Assembly: GCA_026391975.1 (NCBI GenBank)
Contig: JAPLDB010000070.1
Coordinates: 1 to 55,833, forward strand
Reading direction: 5' to 3'
Source: Bacteroidota bacterium
GTDB lineage: Bacteria; Bacteroidota; Bacteroidia; AKYH767-A; 2013-40CM-41-45
Length of the DNA stretch: 55,833 nt
In this document: positions 38,775-48,913 of the stretch, one piece after another
Position numbering within the stretch: position 1 is the first letter of the stretch
Layout of the letters: the number at the start of each line of letters is the position of its first letter
Notes under the pieces: generated by a model
The model's database searches: none
What the model saw: the letters and a program-made list of their open reading frames with translations, nothing else
Told to the model about the DNA's origin: nothing
Program-made: the position numbers and the translations under genes

Positions 38775-39044
38775 ATGGACCGATACATCATCATCTCCGA
38801 ACATACAGCCGAAGACTGCCGTATGGTCGTTAAGGAATTTGTGCATTATCACGCAGGATTTTTAACAAACTTTGAGTGGGGGTGCTACGATAACGACCAC
38901 CATGCATATACAATCCTCGAAGCAGAAAATCATGCACAGGCATTGATGGCTGTTCCTCCTGCTTTAAGAAACAAAGCGCGCGCCATCAAACTCACACACT
39001 TTAAGCCGAGAGAAGGGAAGGACACGGCGCACCAGTCTGCTTAA
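38775..39044 (+). CDS. Small hypothetical protein
   Basis: 89-aa ORF preceded by a TATCTTTG -7 box; HTAEDC and WGC motifs. Confidence 0.65.
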   Translation: MDRYIIISEHTAEDCRMVVKEFVHYHAGFLTNFEWGCYDNDHHAYTILEAENHAQALMAVPPALRNKARAIKLTHFKPREGKDTAHQSA

Positions 39045-39135
39045 TCAACTGGTCTTTTTCGTTGGTATTTTTTGATTAGCCCCTAACCTGAATTGGACGC
39101 TACATTCCGTGACCAATGATTTTTTTTTCCTCCAA

Positions 39136-39162
39136 TGTCCTGATCTACCGACCTCATTCGTT
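39136..39162 (+). promoter_or_regulatory. Putative ECF-sigma promoter 1
   Basis: TGTCCTGA-N11-CATTCGT, repeated with identical spacing at 39594. Confidence 0.7.
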
Positions 39163-39200
39163 ATCAGGTTATATTCAAAACAATATAAAATAATATTTAA

Positions 39201-39581
39201 ATGAAAAAGGACGTAAACTCACTCAACTGGTTCGAGATTCCCGCTAAAAACATCAAGCGCTCTAAGAAATTCTATGAAAACATTTTCGGAATTAAAATGG
39301 AAGAAATGGAAATGAATGGCATGCAAATGGCTTTCTTCCCGTGGAAGGAAGGTTCAGGAAAGGCAAACGGGGGACTGGTACAAAGCAAAATGCACAAGCC
39401 AAGCAAAGATGGAGCGGTAATTTACCTGAATGCAAATCCAAAGCTGGATAAAGTGCTTGCTAAAATTCCTAAAGCGGGAGGAAAAGTTGTGATGCCGAAA
39501 ATGCAGGCAGGCGACTTTGGGTTCATGGCTTTTTTTATTGATTCTGAAGGTAACAGGGTTGCGCTGCATTCACAAAAATAA
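39201..39581 (+). CDS. VOC (glyoxalase/bleomycin resistance) family protein
   Basis: NWFEIPA...FYENIFG...FIDSEGNRVALH. Confidence 0.9.
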   Translation: MKKDVNSLNWFEIPAKNIKRSKKFYENIFGIKMEEMEMNGMQMAFFPWKEGSGKANGGLVQSKMHKPSKDGAVIYLNANPKLDKVLAKIPKAGGKVVMPKMQAGDFGFMAFFIDSEGNRVALHSQK

Positions 39582-39593
39582 TTTTTAGACAGA

Positions 39594-39620
39594 TGTCCTG
39601 AATTGCCCCAGGCATTCGTC
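39594..39620 (+). promoter_or_regulatory. Putative ECF-sigma promoter 2
   Basis: TGTCCTGA-N11-CATTCGT. Confidence 0.7.
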
Positions 39621-39663
39621 TTACAGATAATTCAAATAATTAAATCTAAAAAAACCAAGTAAA

Positions 39664-40005
39664 ATGGAAAAGTTCATGTATTTATTTCGCGGAGGAATGG
39701 CCGGCGAACAAGCTGCAAACGTGCCACAGGATCACATGCAAAAATGGATGAAGTGGATGGAGTCGCTTGCTGAAAAAGGGATTATGGTCGGTGGAGAGCC
39801 ACTGGTGCCAACCGGCAAACAGGTGAATGGCTCAAAGAAGGTCGTAACCGACGGGCCGTTTATTGAAGCCAAAGAACTCGTCGGCGGATATCTCATCGTA
39901 AATGCCAAAGACATTAATGACGCAGTGGAAATATCCAAGGGCTGTCCGATTTTTGAAGTTGATGGCAAACTGGAGGTTCGTCCGATTCAGAAAATGGAGA
40001 TGTAA
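39664..40005 (+). CDS. YciI/DGPF family protein
   Basis: VTDGPFIEAKELVGGY...EVRPI. Confidence 0.92.
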   Translation: MEKFMYLFRGGMAGEQAANVPQDHMQKWMKWMESLAEKGIMVGGEPLVPTGKQVNGSKKVVTDGPFIEAKELVGGYLIVNAKDINDAVEISKGCPIFEVDGKLEVRPIQKMEM

Positions 40006-40006
40006 T

Positions 40007-40120
40007 GTACGAAGTACTGATCACTACGAATATACTAAGTACAAATTGCACAAATTAGAGTGATCGAACTTTAATGGAAAATCGGTAATTAGTATATTCG
40101 TAATAATTAGTAATTAGTAC
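40007..40120. repeat. GTACGAA...TTAGTAC inverted-repeat element
   Basis: 36-bp terminal inverted repeats matching at 30/36; fills the intergenic gap. Confidence 0.8.
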
Positions 40121-40123
40121 CCG

Positions 40124-41386
40124 ATGAGTGATCAGCAAAATGTTTATAAAACAGTAGACCATCTTTTTCGTCACGAGTCGGGAAAGATGGTTTCTGTTTT
40201 AACGCGCATTTTCGGGTTCTCCAATATCGAGCAGGCTGAAGATATTGTGCAGGACACTTTATTGAAGGCGCTGGAGATCTGGAAGTGGGGAAAAATTCCT
40301 GACAACCCGCAGGCATGGTTGTACAAGGCTGCAAAGAATAAAGCCATCGACATCATCCGCAGGGAAAAGCTGAAGTATAAAATTGAAAATGAAATCGCAG
40401 TATTGCTTCATTCAGAATATTCTCTTGCGCCAAAGGTGAATGAGATGTTTACCGATGGAGAAATTAAAGACAGCCAGCTGCGAATGATGTTTGCCTGTTG
40501 TCATTCATCAATTTCACAGGAAGCACAGATCACACTAATGCTGAAAACACTCTGCGGACTCAGTGTAAAAGAAATCAGTAGTGCATTTCTTACAAATGAG
40601 GAAACCATCAGTAAGCGTCTTTATCGGACGAAGGTAAAAATCCGCGAAGAAAAAATTCCTATCGATTACCCCGGCGCAGGCGTCATGCCTCAGCGCATAG
40701 ATGCAGTACTCAAAACACTATATCTTCTTTTCAATGAAGGATACAATTCTTCTCATCCGGAAAAACTCATACGCGAAGACCTTTGTGAAGAGGCGATGCG
40801 CCTGGCAATCATGCTTTCTGAAAATTTTAAAACCAACCTCCCGCAAACAAATGCTTTGCTTGCACTGATGTGCTTCCAGGTTTCCCGTTTCGGTTCGCGG
40901 CTCGACGACAAAGGGATGATCATATTACTGAAAGATCAGGACAGAAAAACGTGGAATAAATTCCTTATTCAAAAGGGAAATGAATACATGACACATGCAT
41001 CATCAGGAGACAGCTACCATGATTTCCATATTGAAGCCGGTATTGCTTCCATCCATGCCAATGCAGCAGCATATGATCAAACCAACTGGCAGATCATTCT
41101 TGGCCTTTACGATTCTCTCTTCATTCGAACTAATAATCCTCTTGTTGCCCTCAACCGCTGTCTGGTTCTTGCAGAGTTGGAAGGACCATCCATAGCAATA
41201 GAGGAACTTTTGAAGATGAATGGACTCTCGGAAAATTGTCACTACCATGCTTCCCTTGGAGAAATGTATTTTAGGTCCGGAGAAAAGACCGAGGCAAAAA
41301 AATATTTTTTAAAAGCACTCGATTTAACAACTTCAAATGCGGAGGCGGATTTAATCAGACGGAAACTTAGTTTATTGGAAAGCTAA
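40124..41386 (+). CDS. ECF sigma factor with C-terminal DUF6596/TPR extension (ECF42-like)
   Basis: LRMMFACCH, LYLLFNEGY and LCEEAMRL motifs; follows a DGPF gene. Confidence 0.9.
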   Translation: MSDQQNVYKTVDHLFRHESGKMVSVLTRIFGFSNIEQAEDIVQDTLLKALEIWKWGKIPDNPQAWLYKAAKNKAIDIIRREKLKYKIENEIAVLLHSEYSLAPKVNEMFTDGEIKDSQLRMMFACCHSSISQEAQITLMLKTLCGLSVKEISSAFLTNEETISKRLYRTKVKIREEKIPIDYPGAGVMPQRIDAVLKTLYLLFNEGYNSSHPEKLIREDLCEEAMRLAIMLSENFKTNLPQTNALLALMCFQVSRFGSRLDDKGMIILLKDQDRKTWNKFLIQKGNEYMTHASSGDSYHDFHIEAGIASIHANAAAYDQTNWQIILGLYDSLFIRTNNPLVALNRCLVLAELEGPSIAIEELLKMNGLSENCHYHASLGEMYFRSGEKTEAKKYFLKALDLTTSNAEADLIRRKLSLLES

Positions 41387-41462
41387 AACCAATTTCATTG
41401 AAAAATATTTATTGCCTGTATAACGTGGAATAGATTATTTTTGAAGATAATTTTTTAACCCC

Positions 41463-42884
41463 ATGCAACCAGCCACCATTGAAGAACTCAGAAAAGTCAT
41501 TTGCCTCACGGACTTGCCGAAGGAACATTTGCAATGGATCCTCGAGCATGGCGAGGTTTCGGAACATGCAGATGGGGATCTTATTATAAAGACCGGCGAC
41601 CCCATAGACGAAATGATTATGGCCCTTGAAGGCAAAGGTCATTTCTATATGAATGTGAATGGCAAACTTGTATTCTATTTTACTTTTGAAAATGATGTGC
41701 AGACAGGTGGCGTAGGTGGATTGCTGCCTTATTCACGCATGAAAATATCACCTGGAGATAATTTCGCTGTTGGAAAAGTGCGGTTATTCCGCCTCCACAA
41801 AAAACATTTCAGGGAACTTGAACAGCTCAATCCTGAATTTATCCAACGGCTCATCGGTTATATGACGGAACGCGCCCGGCATTTCGCAACAGAAAAACTG
41901 CAGCAGGAAAAAGTTGGTGCATTGGGTCAGCTTGCTGCCGGCATTGCACACGAGCTGAATAATCCCGCCGCTGCCATAAACAGGATTTCTTCTGAACTCA
42001 TCAAACGCCTCATGCAGAATTATGATCTTACAGAAAGATTGATGCGGGATCATGTAAAGCCTGAGTTTATAACAAGTGCAAGACAATTAGCGGAAGAAAA
42101 AAAAGCAGTCATTACCCAAAAAATAATGCTTACCGCCATGCAACGCCTCGACAGGGAAGACGAGATCAATGCATGGCTTGAGAAAAACAGCGCATCCGAC
42201 GGACAAGTCGCAGAGACATTCACCGATACAGGGATTACCATTAATGATCTGGAGAAAATCAGTAACAGTGTCGGCAAGGAAGCGCTTCCGGATGTACTTC
42301 AATGGCTGGAGAACAACCTCAGCTCTCAACGTATATTGAAAGATCTTGATGATGCCTCATGCCGCATTTCAAATTTAGTTGGAGCAATAAAAAGTCATGT
42401 TCACATGGACCGCACCAGTGACATGCAGCCCACAAATATTCATAAGGACCTGGAAAACACGCTTACGTTACTGGGCTATAAACTCCGTGAAAAAAATATT
42501 ACGGTGAGGAAAGATTTTTGTGCCGACATGCGTGAAATTCCTGCATACGTTGGTGAACTTAACCAGGTGTGGACCAACCTGCTTGACAATGCCATCTATG
42601 CTGTTCCGAAGAACGGAACAATCAGTGTTGAAACAAAATGTAGCCAGCATGACGTCATCGTTAAAGTAATTGATGGTGGAGCGGGCATCCCTGAAGAAAT
42701 CCAATCAAGGATCTTCGATCCTTTTTTCACTACAAAGAAACAGGGAGAAGGCACCGGCATCGGCCTTGACACAGTGATGCGAATTGTAAAGAGGCACAAC
42801 GCAGAAATAAAAGTTGTTTCAGTTCCGGGAAGAACTGTATTCACTGTTTGCATTCCATTCCCTAAAAAAGAAAATGCAGAATGA
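41463..42884 (+). CDS. Cytoplasmic histidine kinase with N-terminal cNMP-binding-like domain
   Basis: AHELNNP H-box, LNQVWTNLLDNA, FDPFFTTK and GTGIGL. Confidence 0.9.
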   Translation: MQPATIEELRKVICLTDLPKEHLQWILEHGEVSEHADGDLIIKTGDPIDEMIMALEGKGHFYMNVNGKLVFYFTFENDVQTGGVGGLLPYSRMKISPGDNFAVGKVRLFRLHKKHFRELEQLNPEFIQRLIGYMTERARHFATEKLQQEKVGALGQLAAGIAHELNNPAAAINRISSELIKRLMQNYDLTERLMRDHVKPEFITSARQLAEEKKAVITQKIMLTAMQRLDREDEINAWLEKNSASDGQVAETFTDTGITINDLEKISNSVGKEALPDVLQWLENNLSSQRILKDLDDASCRISNLVGAIKSHVHMDRTSDMQPTNIHKDLENTLTLLGYKLREKNITVRKDFCADMREIPAYVGELNQVWTNLLDNAIYAVPKNGTISVETKCSQHDVIVKVIDGGAGIPEEIQSRIFDPFFTTKKQGEGTGIGLDTVMRIVKRHNAEIKVVSVPGRTVFTVCIPFPKKENAE

Positions 42885-44542
42885 AACTACCATACATCAT
42901 TATTGTTGATGACGACAGGCAGGTACTCGGTGCCATTCAACGCGACATCCGGAATAAATACAGAGAAGAATATCGAATTGCAGCAACCGAGTCTGCACTT
43001 GAAGCCCTTGATCTCATCAAAGAACTGAAGTTGAAAAATGAAGCGGTAGCTCTTTTTATCTCCGACCAGAAAATGCCGGAGATGGAAGGTGTAGCCTTTC
43101 TTGAAATTGCAAAGCAAACGTATGAAGATGCCGGAATGATATTACTCACCGCCTATTCAGACATTGACGCAGCCATCAAAGCAATCAACACAGTAAAGCT
43201 TGATCACTATTTGCTAAAGCCGTGGAATCCTCCGGAAGAAAAATTATATCCCATTGTAGATGACCTGCTTGAAGAGTGGCATTCGCTTTACAAGCCCGAC
43301 CATGAGGGTATTCGCATTATCGGTTTTCAATGGAGCCCGAAGTCGCACAAGCTTAAAGAATTTCTCTCAGGCAACTTGGTGCCGTTTTTATGGATGGATG
43401 TTGAGCATAATCCTGATGCAGAAAAATACCTCACCAGTGCCAATGTTACACATGCATCGTTGCCGCTTGTAGTTTTGAAAGATGGATCATTTCTTACTGA
43501 TCCTGAACTACCGGATCTCGCTGCGGGAATAGGTCTGAAACAAAAAGCCACGGAGGCAATGTATGACGTCCTCATTATCGGTGCAGGCCCTGCCGGACTG
43601 GCAGCATCAGTATATGGTTCATGTGAAGGATTGAAAACACTGCTGATTGAAAAAAGCAATCCCGGCGGACAAGCGAGCAGCAGTGCGCGCATTGAAAACT
43701 ACCTGGGATTTCCGAATGGCTTATCAGGAGCAGAACTTACCCGAAGGGCCATTGCACAAACAGTACGCTTCGGAACGGAAATGCTTACGCCACAGGAAGT
43801 GAAAAAAATCAATGTGAAAGACGGTTATAAAATTGTGGTAATGGCTGACGGCTCTGTGATCCACACAAAAGCGATTGTGATTTCTACCGGCGTTGCCTAC
43901 GCAAAGCTTGAAGTTGAAGGGATCGAAAAATTTACCGGTGCCGGCGTGTATTATGGTTCTGCTGCCATTGAAGCGCACGCTTGTCGCGACGGTGTTATTT
44001 ATTTAGTCGGCGGGGGAAATTCTGCATGCCAGGCAGCAATGCACCTTTGCAATTTTGCAAAAGAGGTTAACATATTGATCAGGCGCGACGAACTGAAGCA
44101 CGTTGCTGCCAATTACCTCGTAGAGAACATCAGCAAGGTCCCCAACATTCATGTACTTGCAAACACTGAAGTAACTGCTGTACATGGAGCAGAAGTGCTT
44201 GAACAAATCACATTAAAAAATTCCAAAACAGGAGAAGAAAAAACCGTTCCTGCAAAAGCACTGTTTGTTTATATCGGTTCCCGCCCGGGAACATCATGGC
44301 TCAATGATTTATTGTTGAAGGATGAGCGGGGATTCATCATCACAGGCAGAGAGCTCATTGATCAAAAAAACTTTCACTCCCAATGGAAACTGAAACGTGA
44401 GCCTTTCTTGCCTGAATCGATCGTTCCCGGAATTTTTGCATCGGGTGACGTGCGCTCGGGTGCAATGACGGGAATATCCTCAGCAGTTGGTGAAGGGGCA
44501 ATGGCAATACGGTTTGTGAGGAAGTACCTGCAGGAGAACTAG
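42881..44542 (+). CDS. Receiver domain fused to a thioredoxin-reductase-like flavoprotein
   Basis: VDDD...ISDQKMP...LTAY...KPW receiver, then GAGPAG, IENYLGFP, GGGNSA and FASGDVR. Confidence 0.9.
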   Translation: MKLPYIIIVDDDRQVLGAIQRDIRNKYREEYRIAATESALEALDLIKELKLKNEAVALFISDQKMPEMEGVAFLEIAKQTYEDAGMILLTAYSDIDAAIKAINTVKLDHYLLKPWNPPEEKLYPIVDDLLEEWHSLYKPDHEGIRIIGFQWSPKSHKLKEFLSGNLVPFLWMDVEHNPDAEKYLTSANVTHASLPLVVLKDGSFLTDPELPDLAAGIGLKQKATEAMYDVLIIGAGPAGLAASVYGSCEGLKTLLIEKSNPGGQASSSARIENYLGFPNGLSGAELTRRAIAQTVRFGTEMLTPQEVKKINVKDGYKIVVMADGSVIHTKAIVISTGVAYAKLEVEGIEKFTGAGVYYGSAAIEAHACRDGVIYLVGGGNSACQAAMHLCNFAKEVNILIRRDELKHVAANYLVENISKVPNIHVLANTEVTAVHGAEVLEQITLKNSKTGEEKTVPAKALFVYIGSRPGTSWLNDLLLKDERGFIITGRELIDQKNFHSQWKLKREPFLPESIVPGIFASGDVRSGAMTGISSAVGEGAMAIRFVRKYLQEN

Positions 44543-44543
44543 C

Positions 44544-44650
44544 AATGTAAAATGTAAAAAGTAATATGTAGTTGTTGCACTCGTACTTTTTATTAAAGTA
44601 CTGATGCTAAAACTTACATCTTACATAATACATATTACATATTTTACATT
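44544..44650. repeat. AATGTAA / TTACATT inverted heptamer cluster
   Basis: 10-bp perfect ends AATGTAAAAT / ATTTTACATT between convergent genes. Confidence 0.75.
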
Positions 44651-45879
44651 CCGTTAATCTCAATCACCTTCGCCAGCGCTTTCAACGCCGTATCATGTTT
44701 TTTCACAAAGGGATTATTCAGATCCCACACATAACCCGCAAGCACGGAACAGATCTGGCTTTTGAAACCTTGATTGATGTCGCGTGCGAAAAAGATGTCG
44801 TGTAAAGTGCCGTCATACCATCCTGAAACATAGCTGCGAAAAGTATTGATGCCCTGCATCATGTGTGCAGTGTATTCTTTGTTCCAGTCAATGGTTGAAT
44901 CATTGCGCAGATGACGCGCAACCAATTTTGCTGCCGTATGTCCGCTCTCCATGGCGAATGTAACTCCCGAAGAAAAAACCGGATCAAGAAATTCAGTTGC
45001 ATTTCCGGTGAGCACAAATCCGTCACCGTATAATTTTTTGGTGGTGATCGCATAACCCGTAATCACCGTTGGCTGAAGAATGATTTCAGCATCACGAAAA
45101 CGATCAGCAGTATTCGCATCAGCGGAAATCATTGCTCGGTACGATTTTTCATCTGTGCCATTGAATTGCTCAAAAAATTCAGGTGTGCCCACGAATCCTA
45201 CAGATGTAATTCCATTACTGAAAGGGATAATCCATATCCACACGTCCTGCCTGTGTACCACAACAGTGATGCGGTTTCCGTCAATGCCTTCCGGACGTTT
45301 TAAATCTTTGATATGTGCAAAGAATGCCTTGCGCGTTGGAAATCCGCTCGGCTCATCCAGGTTAAACATGCGCGGTATCACGCGGCCATATCCGCTGGCA
45401 TCCACAATAAACTTTGCTTCGATTTCTTTTTTCGATCCGTCGGCGTGTTCAACAGTTGTTACTGAATGATCATTGTGAAATTTGATGTCGGTAACACCTG
45501 TGCGGTAATCGATCGGAACACCTTTTTTCTCAACAGTATCTGCAAGTGTTTTATCAAACTGCGCCCGCGGTACTTGCCAGGTCCAGTTCCATCCTTTGGT
45601 AAACTGATCTGCAAAATTGAAATCACAGATCTCATCCCCACGTACAAACTTGGCTCCGAATTTTTCCTGGAAGCCCTGGGCTTTCACAGCATCGAGTAAT
45701 CCAGCTGCTTCCAGATGATCCATGCATCGCGGCAGTAAACTTTCTCCGATCACAAAACGTGGGAACTGTTGCTTCTCCACCATTCGAATATTGAATCCCT
45801 CCTTCTTTAATATAGAAGCGGCAATGGTTCCGGCCGGACCGGCACCGATTACGAGTACATCAGTCTTTTCTTTAATCAT
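44644..45879 (-). CDS. FAD-dependent oxidoreductase, flavin-dependent halogenase family
   Basis: GAGPAG, FPRFVIGES, WIWIIP and FLDPVFSSGV motifs. Confidence 0.85.
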   Translation of the reverse strand: MIKEKTDVLVIGAGPAGTIAASILKKEGFNIRMVEKQQFPRFVIGESLLPRCMDHLEAAGLLDAVKAQGFQEKFGAKFVRGDEICDFNFADQFTKGWNWTWQVPRAQFDKTLADTVEKKGVPIDYRTGVTDIKFHNDHSVTTVEHADGSKKEIEAKFIVDASGYGRVIPRMFNLDEPSGFPTRKAFFAHIKDLKRPEGIDGNRITVVVHRQDVWIWIIPFSNGITSVGFVGTPEFFEQFNGTDEKSYRAMISADANTADRFRDAEIILQPTVITGYAITTKKLYGDGFVLTGNATEFLDPVFSSGVTFAMESGHTAAKLVARHLRNDSTIDWNKEYTAHMMQGINTFRSYVSGWYDGTLHDIFFARDINQGFKSQICSVLAGYVWDLNNPFVKKHDTALKALAKVIEINGM

Positions 45880-45889
45880 GGTTCTTTAC

Positions 45890-45940
45890 CCCGTCGAATA
45901 GCGAATTCGCAAAGGCGAGACGAATGTACGAATTACGAAA
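45890..45940. repeat. CGAAT-unit repeat cluster (left half only)
   Basis: CCCGTCGAATAGCGAAT is the exact reverse complement of 38717-38733. Confidence 0.7.
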
Positions 45941-46081
45941 GTAGAAAATTCAATCAGGCAAGATGGAGTGTTTGCACTTTTTAAAATGCTATCATTTTCA
46001 GCGTACCCAGCTGGCTGATCCTTTGCGCCCGGTTCCGAGGTGTCGCATCCACATCTGCCTAATTCTCTGATTTGGCTGCAT

Positions 46082-46154
46082 TGTCCCGGAGGGACATTAT
46101 ATTGGTAGGACCAAAGCGCTTAGTGAAGCCAAGTCCCATAGGGACGACATATTT
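46082..46154. repeat. REP-like hairpin doublet (GTCCCnnAGGGAC)
   Basis: TGTCCC-GGA-GGGACA and GTCCC-ATA-GGGAC, each followed shortly by ATATT. Confidence 0.6.
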
Positions 46155-46284
46155 AAAAGGATTGAATAGATATTGATTTATTGCCCCTCAGTGAATGCCC
46201 GCGTTGTGAATTAATTTATAGTTGAAGCGAAAGTGATGCGTCGGGAGATTTCGCCGACTTCGTTATAAAGACTGCTTCACAAAA

Positions 46285-46665
46285 TTATTTCGCGTGACCA
46301 CGGGCAATATTCGGACTTTCCGGGTTTACGCTCAGTTTGAGCAATTTTGGAAGTACGACCAGATCCATATCCTCCATTGGAACAGCGCCAAGCAAAACTT
46401 CATTTCCCATAATCAAAGCACCAACAAAACAATTCCTGTTTTCAAAAGTGATGCGCACAGGACCTGCATATGGTACAGTGTGTGAACTTCCATCTGCTGT
46501 TGTAGCTTCACGCGTTTCAAGAATCGTAAGCTGAAGCTGTGTTGCAATGTGTTCAGGGATCACGAGATATGTTGATCCGCTGTCAGCAAGGCATTTTACA
46601 GTAATGGGTTGTAATTCCTTCCTGACCGGATTTGATAATTTTATTTCGGAGTATACAAGGCCCAT
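46285..46665 (-). CDS. Clan AA aspartic protease (AF_0612-like)
   Basis: LADSGST and VLLGAVPMEDMDL motifs. Confidence 0.85.
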   Translation of the reverse strand: MGLVYSEIKLSNPVRKELQPITVKCLADSGSTYLVIPEHIATQLQLTILETREATTADGSSHTVPYAGPVRITFENRNCFVGALIMGNEVLLGAVPMEDMDLVVLPKLLKLSVNPESPNIARGHAK

Positions 46666-46761
46666 GATTATTTCTTTTTGCAAAGATAAAGTAAATCCAA
46701 GGGAAAAGATTTAATGTTAATGCAATAAAATAGAATAAATTTAAGTGCATTAAATCACATT

Positions 46762-48129
46762 CTACAATCCATATTGGCTGATCAAATAGATCATCGCTGC
46801 CATAGACGCCGCGCCCAGCTCCAGCTCCCGCCGGTTCACTTTGTCGAAGGTATCGCTTGCTGCATGGTGAAGATCAAAGTAGCGTTGGGAGTCAACAGAC
46901 AATCCAAACCCAGGAACACCCTTGTCTGTTATTGGTGAAATGTCAGCGCCGTCACCGTCACCATCCCAGCTCCACAGACCATAAGGGAGTAATAAACTTT
47001 TCCACTGCAATACTTTTTCGCGCTGCTCTTTTTTCATATTCAGTCCGAAGCCATGCGGAGTAAATCCACCTGCATCGCTTTCCATCGCTGCAATGTGTTT
47101 TTCTTTTTTTCGTTCCGCTTCCGCACCATATTTCTTTCCGCCCTTTAATCCATTCTCTTCATTCATGAATGCGATGGCACGTATTGTGCGTTTGGGTTTC
47201 ACGCCTGTTGTTTTGAAAAGCCGCAACACTTCAATGCTTTGTGCAACTCCGGTACCGTCATCAGTAGCGCCTTTTCCTGTTTCCCACGAATCAAGGTGTC
47301 CGCCCACATCAATGATTTCTTCAGGATGCTCGCTTCCTTTGATCTCTCCAATTACATTATAAGATAAAACACTATCCATCATTTTACAACTTTGCTTCAG
47401 GTAGAACCTTGCTTCGGGGTTTGTTTTTAATATCTGGCTGATTACCTCAGCGCCATTGGTACTGACGGCAGCCGCCGGAATTTTCGGAAGTGAGTCATTG
47501 TATCCCATCGCTCCTGTATGCGGAAAATCATCCTGGTTGATCGCCATGCTGCGCACAATAGAAGCAACAGCTCCGTATCGTGCCGCTTCACTGGCTCCTG
47601 CCCACCGGTATTTACCCGCCTCGCTATATGCATCGAAGGTATTGATGAACGTCTGGTCAAAAGGATGATTATAAAAAACAATTTTTCCTTTGATCTTTTC
47701 CGTACCCAGCTTCTTCAGCTCATCAAAAGACTTCACCTCAATGAGCGGTGCAGAAACACCCCAGTCGGGCGTGCCGATGCTCATGCCCAGCGCACATACA
47801 GGAACTTCTTTCATGCCTTTTCCATCCTGTACCATTCCTTTTTCTTTTTCACCGCGCACCCAGTGCGGAACCCATACTTCCTGCAGCCACACGGTATCAG
47901 CGCCGGCATCGATCATGGCCTGCTTCGCCCATTCAACAGCGCGTGCAGCTTCCGGTGATCCGGCAAGTCGCCCGCCGATGGTATTCACAAGCTTGTCAAG
48001 GTTTTTATACGCCACGCTGTTGGTTAGCGCTTCGTTAAAAAACTTTTTAATGGTAACGGAATCCGTTTGCTGTGCGTTGCTGTGCACAGTGAAAATGACA
48101 AGGAAAGAAAAAAGCAGGATTTTTCTCAT
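46762..48129 (-). CDS. Secreted M28 metallopeptidase (carboxypeptidase Q-like)
   Basis: GGHLDSW, GATDDGTG, NEENGL, ESDAG and HHAASD motifs. Confidence 0.9.
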   Translation of the reverse strand: MRKILLFSFLVIFTVHSNAQQTDSVTIKKFFNEALTNSVAYKNLDKLVNTIGGRLAGSPEAARAVEWAKQAMIDAGADTVWLQEVWVPHWVRGEKEKGMVQDGKGMKEVPVCALGMSIGTPDWGVSAPLIEVKSFDELKKLGTEKIKGKIVFYNHPFDQTFINTFDAYSEAGKYRWAGASEAARYGAVASIVRSMAINQDDFPHTGAMGYNDSLPKIPAAAVSTNGAEVISQILKTNPEARFYLKQSCKMMDSVLSYNVIGEIKGSEHPEEIIDVGGHLDSWETGKGATDDGTGVAQSIEVLRLFKTTGVKPKRTIRAIAFMNEENGLKGGKKYGAEAERKKEKHIAAMESDAGGFTPHGFGLNMKKEQREKVLQWKSLLLPYGLWSWDGDGDGADISPITDKGVPGFGLSVDSQRYFDLHHAASDTFDKVNRRELELGAASMAAMIYLISQYGL

Positions 48130-48392
48130 GGAAGAATTTTTTTCCAAAGAAACGAAATATTCATGAGGACTGGCTGTAAGTTGTAGTTAATGTACCCATT
48201 GCCGGGTATTAAACTCCATTTCGAAATTCAAAATAATTATCTCAAATTTACCGGATGACCATTGGCCTCAAACCAGTTTCACAGAATCTCTGATATACTC
48301 TACTCATCGGCATCTGGAGGTTTAGTTGGAGGTTGATTTAATAGTCAATAGAGAATACAGGTATTGAATTTTTTACTAGTGAATAAAAGCAA

Positions 48393-48897
48393 ATGAAGAA
48401 AATTGATTACGGAATTGATGCACCACATGTAATAAGGAACCTTTTTATTTTTAGCGTTGCCGGGTTTTTTGCGGCGGTTTTTTTTCCAATGATTAAAATT
48501 GGACAGGTCAACATACATTTCTCCGGTTTTATATGGATGGGTGTTTCATGCGGACTCATGGCCTTATGGATGTTGCTTTATTCGGTATATGGAAAACTTA
48601 AACACCGGGATCGGATTTTAGACCTGGTTGACTGGAAAGGAAATGAAATGGTATTGGATATTGGAACAGGAAGAGGATTGTTGGCTATTGGTGCTGCCTG
48701 CTCAAGACAGAAAAAAGGCCTGTCAGGAAATAGGTAGGGTCCTTAAAAATGGAGGCATTGGAATTATTTCTGATTTTAAGCACATGAATGAATATAGAAC
48801 GAATTTCCTTGCTTTGGGGTTGAAAACAGAAATGTTGCCGGCATCATTTTTTACCACATTTCCTCCACTGGCTATTTTGAAGATTTATAAAGTTTGA
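48393..48897 (+). pseudogene. Class I SAM-dependent methyltransferase with internal deletion and frameshift
   Basis: YGIDAP...VLDIGTGRGLLAIGAA jumps near 48697 to ACQEIGRVLKNGG..IISDF in another frame; the intervening motifs are missing. Confidence 0.8.
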
Positions 48898-48913
48898 ACT
48901 GGAATTGTACTGA

